Made by a program: the position numbers and the translations under genes. Shown in pieces: positions 30,222-38,556 of a stretch of DNA of 64,000 nucleotides (positions are counted from its first letter, which is position 1; each line of letters opens with the position of its first letter). The stretch covers positions 239 through 64,238 of the forward strand of contig JBCCOE010000013.1 of the NCBI GenBank assembly GCA_039025475.1. The letters run 5' to 3'. Source of the stretch: Bacteroidota bacterium. GTDB lineage: Bacteria; Bacteroidota; Bacteroidia; Cytophagales; Cyclobacteriaceae. The notes under the pieces were generated by a model, which worked only from the letters and a program-made list of their open reading frames with translations, searched no databases and had not been told where the DNA came from.

Positions 30222-30247
30222 AAAACCCCAATCACAGTTGATTGGGG
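30221..30247 (-). terminator. Intrinsic terminator between convergent genes
   Basis: Stem CCCCAATCA/TGATTGGGG, 4-nt loop, U tract on the minus strand. Confidence 0.8.
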
Positions 30248-30274
30248 CTACAGAGGAAATCATTAAGGAACTGC

Positions 30275-31117
30275 TTAATCAACCGTTACATCCTCTGTTT
30301 TTCCTTCTACCGATACCTCGAAATTTCGATCACACTCTCCATCTCCGAAATCAATAGTAATAATGGTTTGACGAGTTTCAATTTGTTTTACACCTTGAAC
30401 AGGAATTCTCGCTCTTCGGCTTGGGATACAAGCCCTTTTATAGACTAAAGTATCCAGGATTTGCATTTCATACGCAACACCTCTGCGAGTAATTCCATTG
30501 GCCTCTCCTGTAACCAAATGAGAATCTTCTCTTGGATTTCTTTCTCTTTTCCATACTCGAACGCGGTCTGAGTCTCGCGTTGCAAAGGTCTCATCGGGCC
30601 AAGTAACTTTTCCACCTACTAACGTTATGTGAAAGGTAGGATAGTCAATGGTACTGGTTGAGATGTTTTCCAGGGTTCGAGTGCCTTCTATTGCGATACC
30701 GTTTATTGAATAGTTTTCAAGTGTTGTTATAACCGTTGAGCCTGGTAAAAATCTTGGCCCACTATAGACAATGATTATTTTGCCTTTTCTTAAATTTCCG
30801 TTGCGGTCTAGACAACCTTCTTCCCCAAAATCAATCGTTATGGTTCCTCCCGTTTTGTCTCCTTCAAAGCTTACTATACCATCGCAAAATCTGTCGTCAT
30901 CCGGTTCATCTTCGGTAACCTTACCACCAAGCACGTTGTCTGTGGATTCCAAACTTAGGTTAACCATGTCATCCACATCTTCATACACCGCGTCTACCTC
31001 TGCATCTGTGAGGGCGGTTTCAGTAAGTTCGCCGTCAATACCTGTCTCTTCAGCTTCGTCAGTACATGCCGACAGGGCAAACATCCCGACTAAAAGGAAA
31101 AATCCTAACTTTTTCAT
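30275..31117 (-). CDS. Hypothetical lipoprotein
   Basis: MKKLGFFLLVGMFALSAC lipobox followed by an acidic stretch; TIDFG twice; GNLRKGKIII. Start reassigned to 31117. Confidence 0.85.
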   Translation of the reverse strand: MKKLGFFLLVGMFALSACTDEAEETGIDGELTETALTDAEVDAVYEDVDDMVNLSLESTDNVLGGKVTEDEPDDDRFCDGIVSFEGDKTGGTITIDFGEEGCLDRNGNLRKGKIIIVYSGPRFLPGSTVITTLENYSINGIAIEGTRTLENISTSTIDYPTFHITLVGGKVTWPDETFATRDSDRVRVWKRERNPREDSHLVTGEANGITRRGVAYEMQILDTLVYKRACIPSRRARIPVQGVKQIETRQTIITIDFGDGECDRNFEVSVEGKTEDVTVD

Positions 31118-31271
31118 TAGTTCTAAATTTAAATTTGCAATCACTTTCATCGTTTCTTCGTTTGTTTGTGATGCTTAGATAAGGCAAGACATAAAAGGTT
31201 TAATCAACGTGAACATTTTTTTTAAAAGATTCGAAAAACATCTTTTTTCATTCAAAAACGTTGAGTTTGAT

Positions 31272-31928
31272 ATGAGATACGCATTTCTTCTTGTTTTTTT
31301 TATCCTGAATTTCGGTGTAAATGGTCAAGGTAAAGTGCAGATAGCTAAACTCAAGTATGATGGAGGAGGTGATTGGTACTCAAACAAAACAGCGTTACCA
31401 AACCTGATAAAGTTTTGTAATCAACACTTGGGAACCAACCTGGAGGAAGAGGACGCTGTAGTAGATGTTGGCAGCCCTGATATTTATTTATACCCCTATA
31501 TATACATGACCGGACATGGCAATGTGGTTTTATCTAATAGCGATGCTGAAAACCTAAGAAAATACCTTATTGCCGGCGGCTTCTTACATATTGATGATAA
31601 TTATGGACTCGACCAATTTGTAAGGCTAGAAATGAAAAAGGTGTTCCCTGAGCTGGAATTCGTAGAGTTACCCTTCGATCATCCTATCTACAATCAGAAA
31701 TTTTCCTTCCCTTATGGACTTCCAAAAATTCATGAACATGATGGAAAACCTTCACAGGGTTTCGGATTACTTTATGAAGGCAGATTAGTAGCTTTTTACA
31801 GTTATGAATCAGATCTCGGGAATGGTTGGGAAGATCAAAATATACACAATGACCCTGAAAGTAAAAGGCAGCAGGCACTAAAAATGGGAGCCAACATAAT
31901 TTCATACTGTTTCACCCAATATCAATAA
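31272..31928 (+). CDS. DUF4159 domain protein (secreted)
   Basis: Signal peptide, LKYDGGGDWY, YPYIYMTGHG, GGFLHIDDNYG, ESDLGNGWED, MGANI. Confidence 0.85.
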   Translation: MRYAFLLVFFILNFGVNGQGKVQIAKLKYDGGGDWYSNKTALPNLIKFCNQHLGTNLEEEDAVVDVGSPDIYLYPYIYMTGHGNVVLSNSDAENLRKYLIAGGFLHIDDNYGLDQFVRLEMKKVFPELEFVELPFDHPIYNQKFSFPYGLPKIHEHDGKPSQGFGLLYEGRLVAFYSYESDLGNGWEDQNIHNDPESKRQQALKMGANIISYCFTQYQ

Positions 31929-32065
31929 ACTTAATTTTTTAGTTGTTAATAGGCAGATGTTTTCCGTTTGTCTGTAGGATTTGACATCTGTATTAAATGG
32001 GGTGTTATCTGGTTTTTTAATTTGGTATATTTAAGTAGTTTGTTACAAATATATAATACCAAATT

Positions 32066-32527
32066 ATGGCAGTTTTTAAAATTAATGTCAACGGTGAGAA
32101 CCATCAGGTAGATGCCGCACCGGATACCCCCATTTTGTGGGTTTTAAGGGATCATCTGGATATGGTTGGGACAAAGTTCGGATGTGGTATTGCCCAATGC
32201 GGGGCTTGTACCGTACATCTGAACGGAACGGCTATTCGATCCTGCTCGCTTCCGATCAGTTCGATAGGAAATTCAAAAATTACCACAATCGAGGGTTTAT
32301 CGGAGAAAGCCAATCACGAACTGCAAAAGGCATGGGTAAAACATGATGTTCCGCAGTGTGGATACTGTCAAGCTGGCCAGATTATGAATGCAGCTTCGCT
32401 GCTATCACAGAATCCAAATCCGAGTGATCAGGATATTGAATCTGCCATGAATGGAAACCTATGTAGATGTGGTACATATACGAGAATCAAAGCTGCTATT
32501 AAAACTGCTGCTGACAACCTTAGCTAA
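32066..32527 (+). CDS. 2x[2Fe-2S] small subunit of an isoquinoline 1-oxidoreductase-type molybdoenzyme (IorA-like)
   Basis: GTKFGCGIAQCGACTV...RSC and QCGYCQAGQ...NLCRCGTY. Confidence 0.93.
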   Translation: MAVFKINVNGENHQVDAAPDTPILWVLRDHLDMVGTKFGCGIAQCGACTVHLNGTAIRSCSLPISSIGNSKITTIEGLSEKANHELQKAWVKHDVPQCGYCQAGQIMNAASLLSQNPNPSDQDIESAMNGNLCRCGTYTRIKAAIKTAADNLS

Positions 32528-32544
32528 CCCAAACCTCTTTAGAA

Positions 32545-34737
32545 ATGACACTGATAAAAACAACCTACAATAGAAGATCATTCTTAAAGCTATCAACAGC
32601 TGCGGGTGGTGGAGTGATGATTGGTTTTAGCTGGCTAGCCTCTTGTAAACCAGCCGAAGAGGAAGAAGTAGCGACACTACCGGACGAGTGGTTTGACATT
32701 AACGCCTTCATCAAGATTGGTGATAATGGCTTGGTAACCATTATGTCACCTAATCCGGAGATAGGGCAAAATGTAAAAACCTCAATGCCTTTAATTGTAG
32801 CCGAAGAGCTGGATGTTGACTGGAGCGATGTAAAGGTGGAGCAGGCTCCCTTGAATACAGACTTGTTCAAACGACAATTAGCCGGTGGTAGCCAATCTAT
32901 AAGACAAGGATGGCAAAGTTTGCGGATGGCAGGAGCAACCGCCCGCAGAGTTTTATTAGAAGCCGCTGCTAAGAAATGGCAAGTTCCTAGCTCTGAGTTG
33001 ACTACAAATAAGGGAATTATTTCACATAAAAGTTCAGAAAAGTCAATCAGCTACGGTGAAGTTGCATCTCTGGCCGCTACGGTAAAGATTCCAGAAGAAG
33101 TTGAACTAAAGGATAACAACAATTTTAGTTTAATAGGAACGGATATCAGGAATGTAGATACTTATAACATAGTTACCGGCAAGCCATTATTTGGAATAGA
33201 CTATAAAAGGGAAGGAATGCTGATTGCAATGATTACCCACCCCCCTGCGTTTGGCATGAAAATCAAAGATTTCGATGCCACAAAAGCGTTAGCCCTTCCG
33301 GGGATAAAAGATGTATTTCAGGTGAGTACAGCTCCAGAAGAAAAACAATGGTCCGATACTAACGCTTTCACAGAAATTATTGCTATTGTGGGTGAAAGTA
33401 CCTGGCAGGTAATGAAAGCGAAAAAAGTACTCGTAGTGAATTGGGAAGAGGACTCAAAACTAGAAAACTCGGAGGATCATGAAAGCCAACTTGAATTAGC
33501 AATTAGTAAATCAGCCAAAGACGTCGCAAGGAAGGACGGTAACCCTGATAGGGCCTTCAGAGAAGCTACAAAGGTAATTGAAAAAACGTACAGTGCTCCA
33601 TTTTTAGCACATAACACCATGGAGCCCATGAATTTCTTTGCGCACGTTACAGCGGACAAAGCAGAGCTTATAGGCCCAATTCAAACGCCCGAATACCTCC
33701 GCAAAAGCGTTTCAAGCTTATTAGCTATGCCCGAAGATAAGATCAGCATAGAAATGACCCGCATGGGAGGTGGTTTTGGAAGGCGGCTTTATGGAAATTT
33801 TGGGGTAGAGGCTGCGGCTATCTCCAAAAAAACAAATTCACCTATAAAGCTTATATACGCACGCGAAGATGACATGACCCAAGGCACATACAGGCCAGCC
33901 TATAAGATCAAATACAGGGCTGCACTTGATGCAAACAATAATATGACCGCTTTCCATGTTCGTGGAGCAGGTATTCATGGCGGACCCGTATTCGCGAATA
34001 GGTTTCCTGCCGGAACGGTTACGAATTACATGGCCGAGAATCAAAATGTAATGTCGAACATATCTACCGGAGCCTGGCGCGCGCCAAGATCAAATTTCGT
34101 GGCTGGAGCTGAACAATCTTTTATAGACGAGGTTGCCGAGGCGGCTGATAAAGATCCGATTGAATTCAGATTGGCGCTCTTTGAAAAGGCAAAAGCTGCT
34201 CCAGTGGGTGATAAAAATGACTACGATGCCGAACGTTATGCCGGTGTACTTAAATTAGTAAAAGAAAAGTCTAACTGGGGCGCTGAAATACCAGGAGTTT
34301 CCAGAGGTGTGTCTGCATACTATTGCCACAACTCATATGTAGCGCAGGTAGTTGATGTTAGTATGAAAAATGGGAGGCCTAAAGTTAACAAGGTATGGTG
34401 CGCTGTTGATTGTGGCATTGTGGTTAATCCTATTGCTGCTAAAAACCAAATTGAGGGTGGTATTATTGATGGCATTGGCCATGCTATGTACAGCAACCTA
34501 ACTTTTAAACAAGGTGTACCAGATCAGGGTAATTTTGATCGTTATCGATTAATAAGACATCAAGAGGCACCGTTAGAAATTGAAACCTTTTTTGTTGAAA
34601 ACGGTATCGACCCAACTGGTTTAGGTGAGCCCTCACTACCTCCAATTATGGGAGCACTGGCAAATGCCCTTTACCAGGCAACGGGTAAAAGAGTATACAG
34701 ACAGCCATTTAGTCAACAAGATATCGTTTTGGGCTAA
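32545..34737 (+). CDS. Molybdopterin-binding large subunit, xanthine oxidase family (IorB-like), Tat signal
   Basis: NRRSFLK Tat motif, PEIGQNVKT, AGGSQS, RMGGGFGRR, QIEGG, GLGEP. Confidence 0.92.
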   Translation: MTLIKTTYNRRSFLKLSTAAGGGVMIGFSWLASCKPAEEEEVATLPDEWFDINAFIKIGDNGLVTIMSPNPEIGQNVKTSMPLIVAEELDVDWSDVKVEQAPLNTDLFKRQLAGGSQSIRQGWQSLRMAGATARRVLLEAAAKKWQVPSSELTTNKGIISHKSSEKSISYGEVASLAATVKIPEEVELKDNNNFSLIGTDIRNVDTYNIVTGKPLFGIDYKREGMLIAMITHPPAFGMKIKDFDATKALALPGIKDVFQVSTAPEEKQWSDTNAFTEIIAIVGESTWQVMKAKKVLVVNWEEDSKLENSEDHESQLELAISKSAKDVARKDGNPDRAFREATKVIEKTYSAPFLAHNTMEPMNFFAHVTADKAELIGPIQTPEYLRKSVSSLLAMPEDKISIEMTRMGGGFGRRLYGNFGVEAAAISKKTNSPIKLIYAREDDMTQGTYRPAYKIKYRAALDANNNMTAFHVRGAGIHGGPVFANRFPAGTVTNYMAENQNVMSNISTGAWRAPRSNFVAGAEQSFIDEVAEAADKDPIEFRLALFEKAKAAPVGDKNDYDAERYAGVLKLVKEKSNWGAEIPGVSRGVSAYYCHNSYVAQVVDVSMKNGRPKVNKVWCAVDCGIVVNPIAAKNQIEGGIIDGIGHAMYSNLTFKQGVPDQGNFDRYRLIRHQEAPLEIETFFVENGIDPTGLGEPSLPPIMGALANALYQATGKRVYRQPFSQQDIVLG

Positions 34738-34818
34738 CTGAATAATAGATGTTGAGTATAAGTTAAGTTCATTCTTCAGAGTTGACCTTTTTCTCTTACC
34801 TCTGTACTTTAGATCAAG

Positions 34819-35682
34819 ATGAATAGAAACCAGGCGCTACGAACATTGGCTGCTTCCACAGGAGTTTTGATCTCACCGTTCTCCTCAAGATCACTTGCAG
34901 CAGAATTTAAAACTGAACTTAAGGGTAATATAAATCATTCGGCGTGCAGGTGGTGCTATGGTCAGATTTCACTTAAAAAGTTGGCTACGTTTGGAAAAGA
35001 AATTGGGGTCAAGTCGATTGAATTACTAGAACCAGATGAGTATAAGACTGTGACAGATCTGGGCTTGACTTGTGCTATGCCTAATGGTAGTATGATAGGT
35101 ATACCCTACGGCTTCAACCATCCCAACCATCACGACCGTTTAAAAAAAGACTTTTTAGAGAGGCTACCAACAGCCGCAGAACATGGCTTTACTAAAATGA
35201 TCTGTTTTTCAGGTAACCATTGGAAGAAGTCGCACAAAAAAGGTCTTGACTACTGCGCCAGAGGACTAGAACCAATAGTACAAGAAGCAACAAAATATAA
35301 CATCACTATTTGTATGGAGCTACTCAATAGTAAGGTAGATCATGTTGGTTATCAATGTGACCATACCGAATGGGGTGTAAAGCTGGTAGACAAATTAGGA
35401 GCCGATAACTTCAAGTTGTTATATGATATATACCACATGCAGGTAATGGAAGGAGATGTAATTGCTACTATCCGGAAATATAATGAGTACATCGGTCATT
35501 ATCATACTGGAGGCGTGCCCGGCAGAAACGAAATTGATAAAACTCAGGAACTTAACTATCCTGCAATCATGCGAGCTATACTTGATACTGGTTATAAGGG
35601 ATTTGTGGGTCAAGAGTTCATTCCTACCAAAGCAGAACCTCTAGAGAGTCTAAAACAAGGCGTATTGATATGTGACGTTTAA
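34819..35682 (+). CDS. Hydroxypyruvate-isomerase-like (xylose isomerase/AP2 TIM barrel) protein
   Basis: NHSACRWCY, ELLNSKVDH, KLLYDIYHMQVMEGD, HYHTGGVPGRNEID. Confidence 0.85.
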   Translation: MNRNQALRTLAASTGVLISPFSSRSLAAEFKTELKGNINHSACRWCYGQISLKKLATFGKEIGVKSIELLEPDEYKTVTDLGLTCAMPNGSMIGIPYGFNHPNHHDRLKKDFLERLPTAAEHGFTKMICFSGNHWKKSHKKGLDYCARGLEPIVQEATKYNITICMELLNSKVDHVGYQCDHTEWGVKLVDKLGADNFKLLYDIYHMQVMEGDVIATIRKYNEYIGHYHTGGVPGRNEIDKTQELNYPAIMRAILDTGYKGFVGQEFIPTKAEPLESLKQGVLICDV

Positions 35683-35720
35683 CTTTATGATAAACCTATA
35701 ATAAAAGGTACTCTCAACCC

Positions 35721-36317
35721 TCAGGAAGTGGCCCAGGTCCTACCCCCAACCTCGTACAAAGGAACGCAGGGGTTATACTCTATCGGTATAGCTTTATATT
35801 GAAGGATCATAGTCGCTCCAACCTCCGTAGTGAAATATCCTAAAAGCGTTAACTCTTTGAATTCCCAGAAAAAAGTCTTTTTCTTATCCGGTGTGAAACT
35901 TGCATGATGCAATTTTTTATTTATTTCTGAATTCTTAATTTTTAAAAATTCTAACCGGTCGTCAGAACTCAGTTCCACGTACTTCGTACCACGAGAGGAA
36001 AAACATTCCTGATCAAATTGGACAAGTCCAGTCATAAATTTGTCCTGTTCTTGTTTGAGAAAACGTGTACTCACCATCTCTTCAATAAATTGTGGAACTT
36101 CGAGGGCCTTGGCTCCCGGTGTGGCAGTTTGGGGAATGATATCCTCTGCAAGCTCCATAACGAGTCCCGCCTGTTCCTCCGTGAAAAAATTCGGCGTCCA
36201 GCTCAATTCCGGTCTAGCCGTACAGCCATCCAGAATGGCTACTACCGACGGCGCAGAAAGCACCCCTCCCATTATCATGGCCGTTTTTTTTAACGCCTCT
36301 CTTCTATCAATAGCCAT
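35721..36317 (-). CDS. Gluconate 2-dehydrogenase subunit 3 family protein (Tat lipoprotein)
   Basis: DRREALKK Tat motif, LDGC lipobox, IIPQTATPGA, LTLLGYFTTEVG. Confidence 0.87.
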   Translation of the reverse strand: MAIDRREALKKTAMIMGGVLSAPSVVAILDGCTARPELSWTPNFFTEEQAGLVMELAEDIIPQTATPGAKALEVPQFIEEMVSTRFLKQEQDKFMTGLVQFDQECFSSRGTKYVELSSDDRLEFLKIKNSEINKKLHHASFTPDKKKTFFWEFKELTLLGYFTTEVGATMILQYKAIPIEYNPCVPLYEVGGRTWATS

Positions 36318-36321
36318 AGCT

Positions 36322-38022
36322 TTACAAATTTTGTCTTTTCATTTCTTTGACGGCATAATCAGCTGCCCTGGCCGTAAGAGCCATATAGGTCAGTGAAGGA
36401 TTCTGACATCCCGCAGAGGTCATAGCCGCACCATCCGTACAGAATACGTTCGGAACAGAATGGATTTGATTCCATTTATTCAAAACAGATGTCTTAGGAT
36501 CACGCCCCATTCTTGCAGTGCCCATTTCGTGGATACCCAATCCAGGCCCTCCTATATCATCGAAAGGTGTAATATTTTTTATATCTGCAGCCTCCAGCAT
36601 TTCAACGGCAGAAGCCTTCATATCCTTTCGCATCGTCAATTCGTTCTCCTTGAATTCACAATCGATAGAAAATATGGGCAAACCATATTTATCCATTTTG
36701 TCTTTGTTTAATTCAACTTTATTCTCATGATAAGGAAGGCATTCCCCAAACCCAAGTAAAAGCATTCTCCATTTCCCTGGTGTTCCAATCGCTTCTTTTA
36801 GTTCTTTCCCCACCGAAAGTTCGGCTACAGCCGCTTTCCAATCATCGCGGCTGGCGCCTCCTTGGTATCCAAAACCTCGTAAGTAATCGGAGCGTTGATC
36901 TTTGATATTTCTGAAACGTGGTATGTAAATTCCGTTGGGCCTTCTTCCATGGTAATACATATCGCCAAAACCATCATAATCTCCAGCGGCACCCACTCTA
37001 AAATGGTGGTCCATTAAATTATGTCCTAGTTCACCGCTGTCATTCCCCAAACCGTTAGGAAAGCGGTTAGAAGTGGAATGCATCATAATCCAAGTAGATC
37101 CTAAAGCCGATGCATTTAGAAAAATGATACGCGCGTAGAACTCTTCGGTTTTTCCAGTCTCTGCATCGAGTACTTTAACTCCAGTTGCTCTATTTTTATT
37201 ATCGTCATAAATGACTTCGATGACAATCGAATTTGGTCTCAAAGTCATGTTACCGGTTTTCTCGGCAGCCGGCAAAGTAGACGATTGACTACTAAAGTAA
37301 GCGCCAAAAGGACAGCCTCTTATACATAAGTTTCTATAATGGCATTTGGAGCGCCCTTCTTTGGCTTCTGTCAAGTTAGCAGTACGACCAACAGTCATAA
37401 TGCGATCATTAAAGTTCTCAGCGATCTTATCTCGCACGTGCTCCTCCAAACAATTCATCGCCATTGGCGGTTGGAAATTACCATCGGGTAATTGGGGTAA
37501 CCCCTCTCTTTGACCGCTAACACCAATGTAAGACTCCACGTAATCGTACCAAGGAGCTAAATCGTTATATCTGATGGGCCAATCCACCGCAACACCTTCC
37601 CTGGCATTTGCGGTTAAGTCCATTTCACTGAGCCTATAACTCTGTCTTCCCCACAACAAAGATCGACCTCCTACGTGATACCCTCTTATCCAATCAAAGC
37701 GTTTTTTCTCCTCATAAGGGTGTTCGGTATCCTTTACCCACCAATGCTTGGTAGACTCTTTAATAGTGTACCCCGTTCGTGACTGTTTTTCGTAATCCTT
37801 CATCTCCTCGGCAGATACACGGTCACCATAGGGTAATTCCCAGGGTGCTTTATCCATGGTCGGATAATCCTCGACATGACGCACCATACGCCCGCGTTCG
37901 AGTACAAGGGTCTTAAGCCCCTTCTCACATAACTCCTTAGCAGCCCAACCCCCTGAAATTCCTGTTCCTACAACGATGGCATCATATGTATTCTGTTGTC
38001 GTGCCTTGGTGTTCAGATTCAT
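36322..38022 (-). CDS. GMC-family FAD oxidoreductase (glucoside 3-dehydrogenase-like)
   Basis: IVVGTGISGGWAAKEL, GYHVGGRS, Cys cluster CHYRNLCIRGCP, HEMGTARMG, NPSLTYMALTAR. Confidence 0.9.
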   Translation of the reverse strand: MNLNTKARQQNTYDAIVVGTGISGGWAAKELCEKGLKTLVLERGRMVRHVEDYPTMDKAPWELPYGDRVSAEEMKDYEKQSRTGYTIKESTKHWWVKDTEHPYEEKKRFDWIRGYHVGGRSLLWGRQSYRLSEMDLTANAREGVAVDWPIRYNDLAPWYDYVESYIGVSGQREGLPQLPDGNFQPPMAMNCLEEHVRDKIAENFNDRIMTVGRTANLTEAKEGRSKCHYRNLCIRGCPFGAYFSSQSSTLPAAEKTGNMTLRPNSIVIEVIYDDNKNRATGVKVLDAETGKTEEFYARIIFLNASALGSTWIMMHSTSNRFPNGLGNDSGELGHNLMDHHFRVGAAGDYDGFGDMYYHGRRPNGIYIPRFRNIKDQRSDYLRGFGYQGGASRDDWKAAVAELSVGKELKEAIGTPGKWRMLLLGFGECLPYHENKVELNKDKMDKYGLPIFSIDCEFKENELTMRKDMKASAVEMLEAADIKNITPFDDIGGPGLGIHEMGTARMGRDPKTSVLNKWNQIHSVPNVFCTDGAAMTSAGCQNPSLTYMALTARAADYAVKEMKRQNL

Positions 38023-38104
38023 ACGTTTCTTAACGTTATTCCAAAACTGGAAATTAGCGATTTTTGTGATTTCAAAAAATTGAAAACGGTTGCATTCTTA
38101 CACT

Positions 38105-38149
38105 AACTAATAATTTAGTTGTGAAACTAAACTTATAGTATTATGTTTG
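38105..38149 (+). promoter_or_regulatory. blaI-like promoter with tandem palindromic operators
   Basis: AACTAA-TAAT-TTAGTT (38105-38120) and degenerate AACTAA-ACTT-ATAGTA (38125-38140); -33 TTG (38119-38121) and -7 TATGTTTG (38142-38149), 20-nt spacer. Confidence 0.7.
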
Positions 38150-38178
38150 TAAAAGTAAGATCAAAATACTGTCACTCA

Positions 38179-38556
38179 ATGAAAGAACTAACACGAGCAG
38201 AAGAACAAGTCATGCAAATCCTATGGCGCCTAAGGAGTGGATTTGTTAAAGACATTATAGCTGAAATGCCAGATCCTAAACCTGCCTATAACACGGTTTC
38301 TACCATTGTGCGAATACTTGAGCAAAAAGGTTTTGTAGAACATAAGGCCTATGGAAAAACACATGAGTATTACCCTGCGGTAGATAAAGCCAAGTACAGC
38401 AAGTTTTACTTGAACAATTTTCTTTCTGGCTACTTCAGTGGATCCTTCGAAAGCTTGGTTTCTTTTTTTGCTAAAGAAAATGATCTTGATATCAAGGACA
38501 TGGATGAGTTGATGAAGCACGTCAAAGATGACTTAAATAAGAAGGATGATGAATAG
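38179..38556 (+). CDS. BlaI/MecI/CopY-family transcriptional repressor
   Basis: LTRAEEQVMQILW, PAYNTVSTIVRILEQKGFV, YFSGSFESLVSFF. The ORF-track ATG at 38143 falls in the -7 box, so the start is 38179. Confidence 0.92.
   Translation: MKELTRAEEQVMQILWRLRSGFVKDIIAEMPDPKPAYNTVSTIVRILEQKGFVEHKAYGKTHEYYPAVDKAKYSKFYLNNFLSGYFSGSFESLVSFFAKENDLDIKDMDELMKHVKDDLNKKDDE

Noticed and set aside
31954-31990. Inverted repeat CAGATGT-N23-ACATCTG upstream of iorA
   Set aside because: Arms are only 7 bp with a long spacer and no U tract; not enough to call a terminator or operator.
38143-38178. ORF-track start of blaI at 38143
   Set aside because: That ATG lies inside the -7 promoter box; the family-typical N-terminus begins at 38179.
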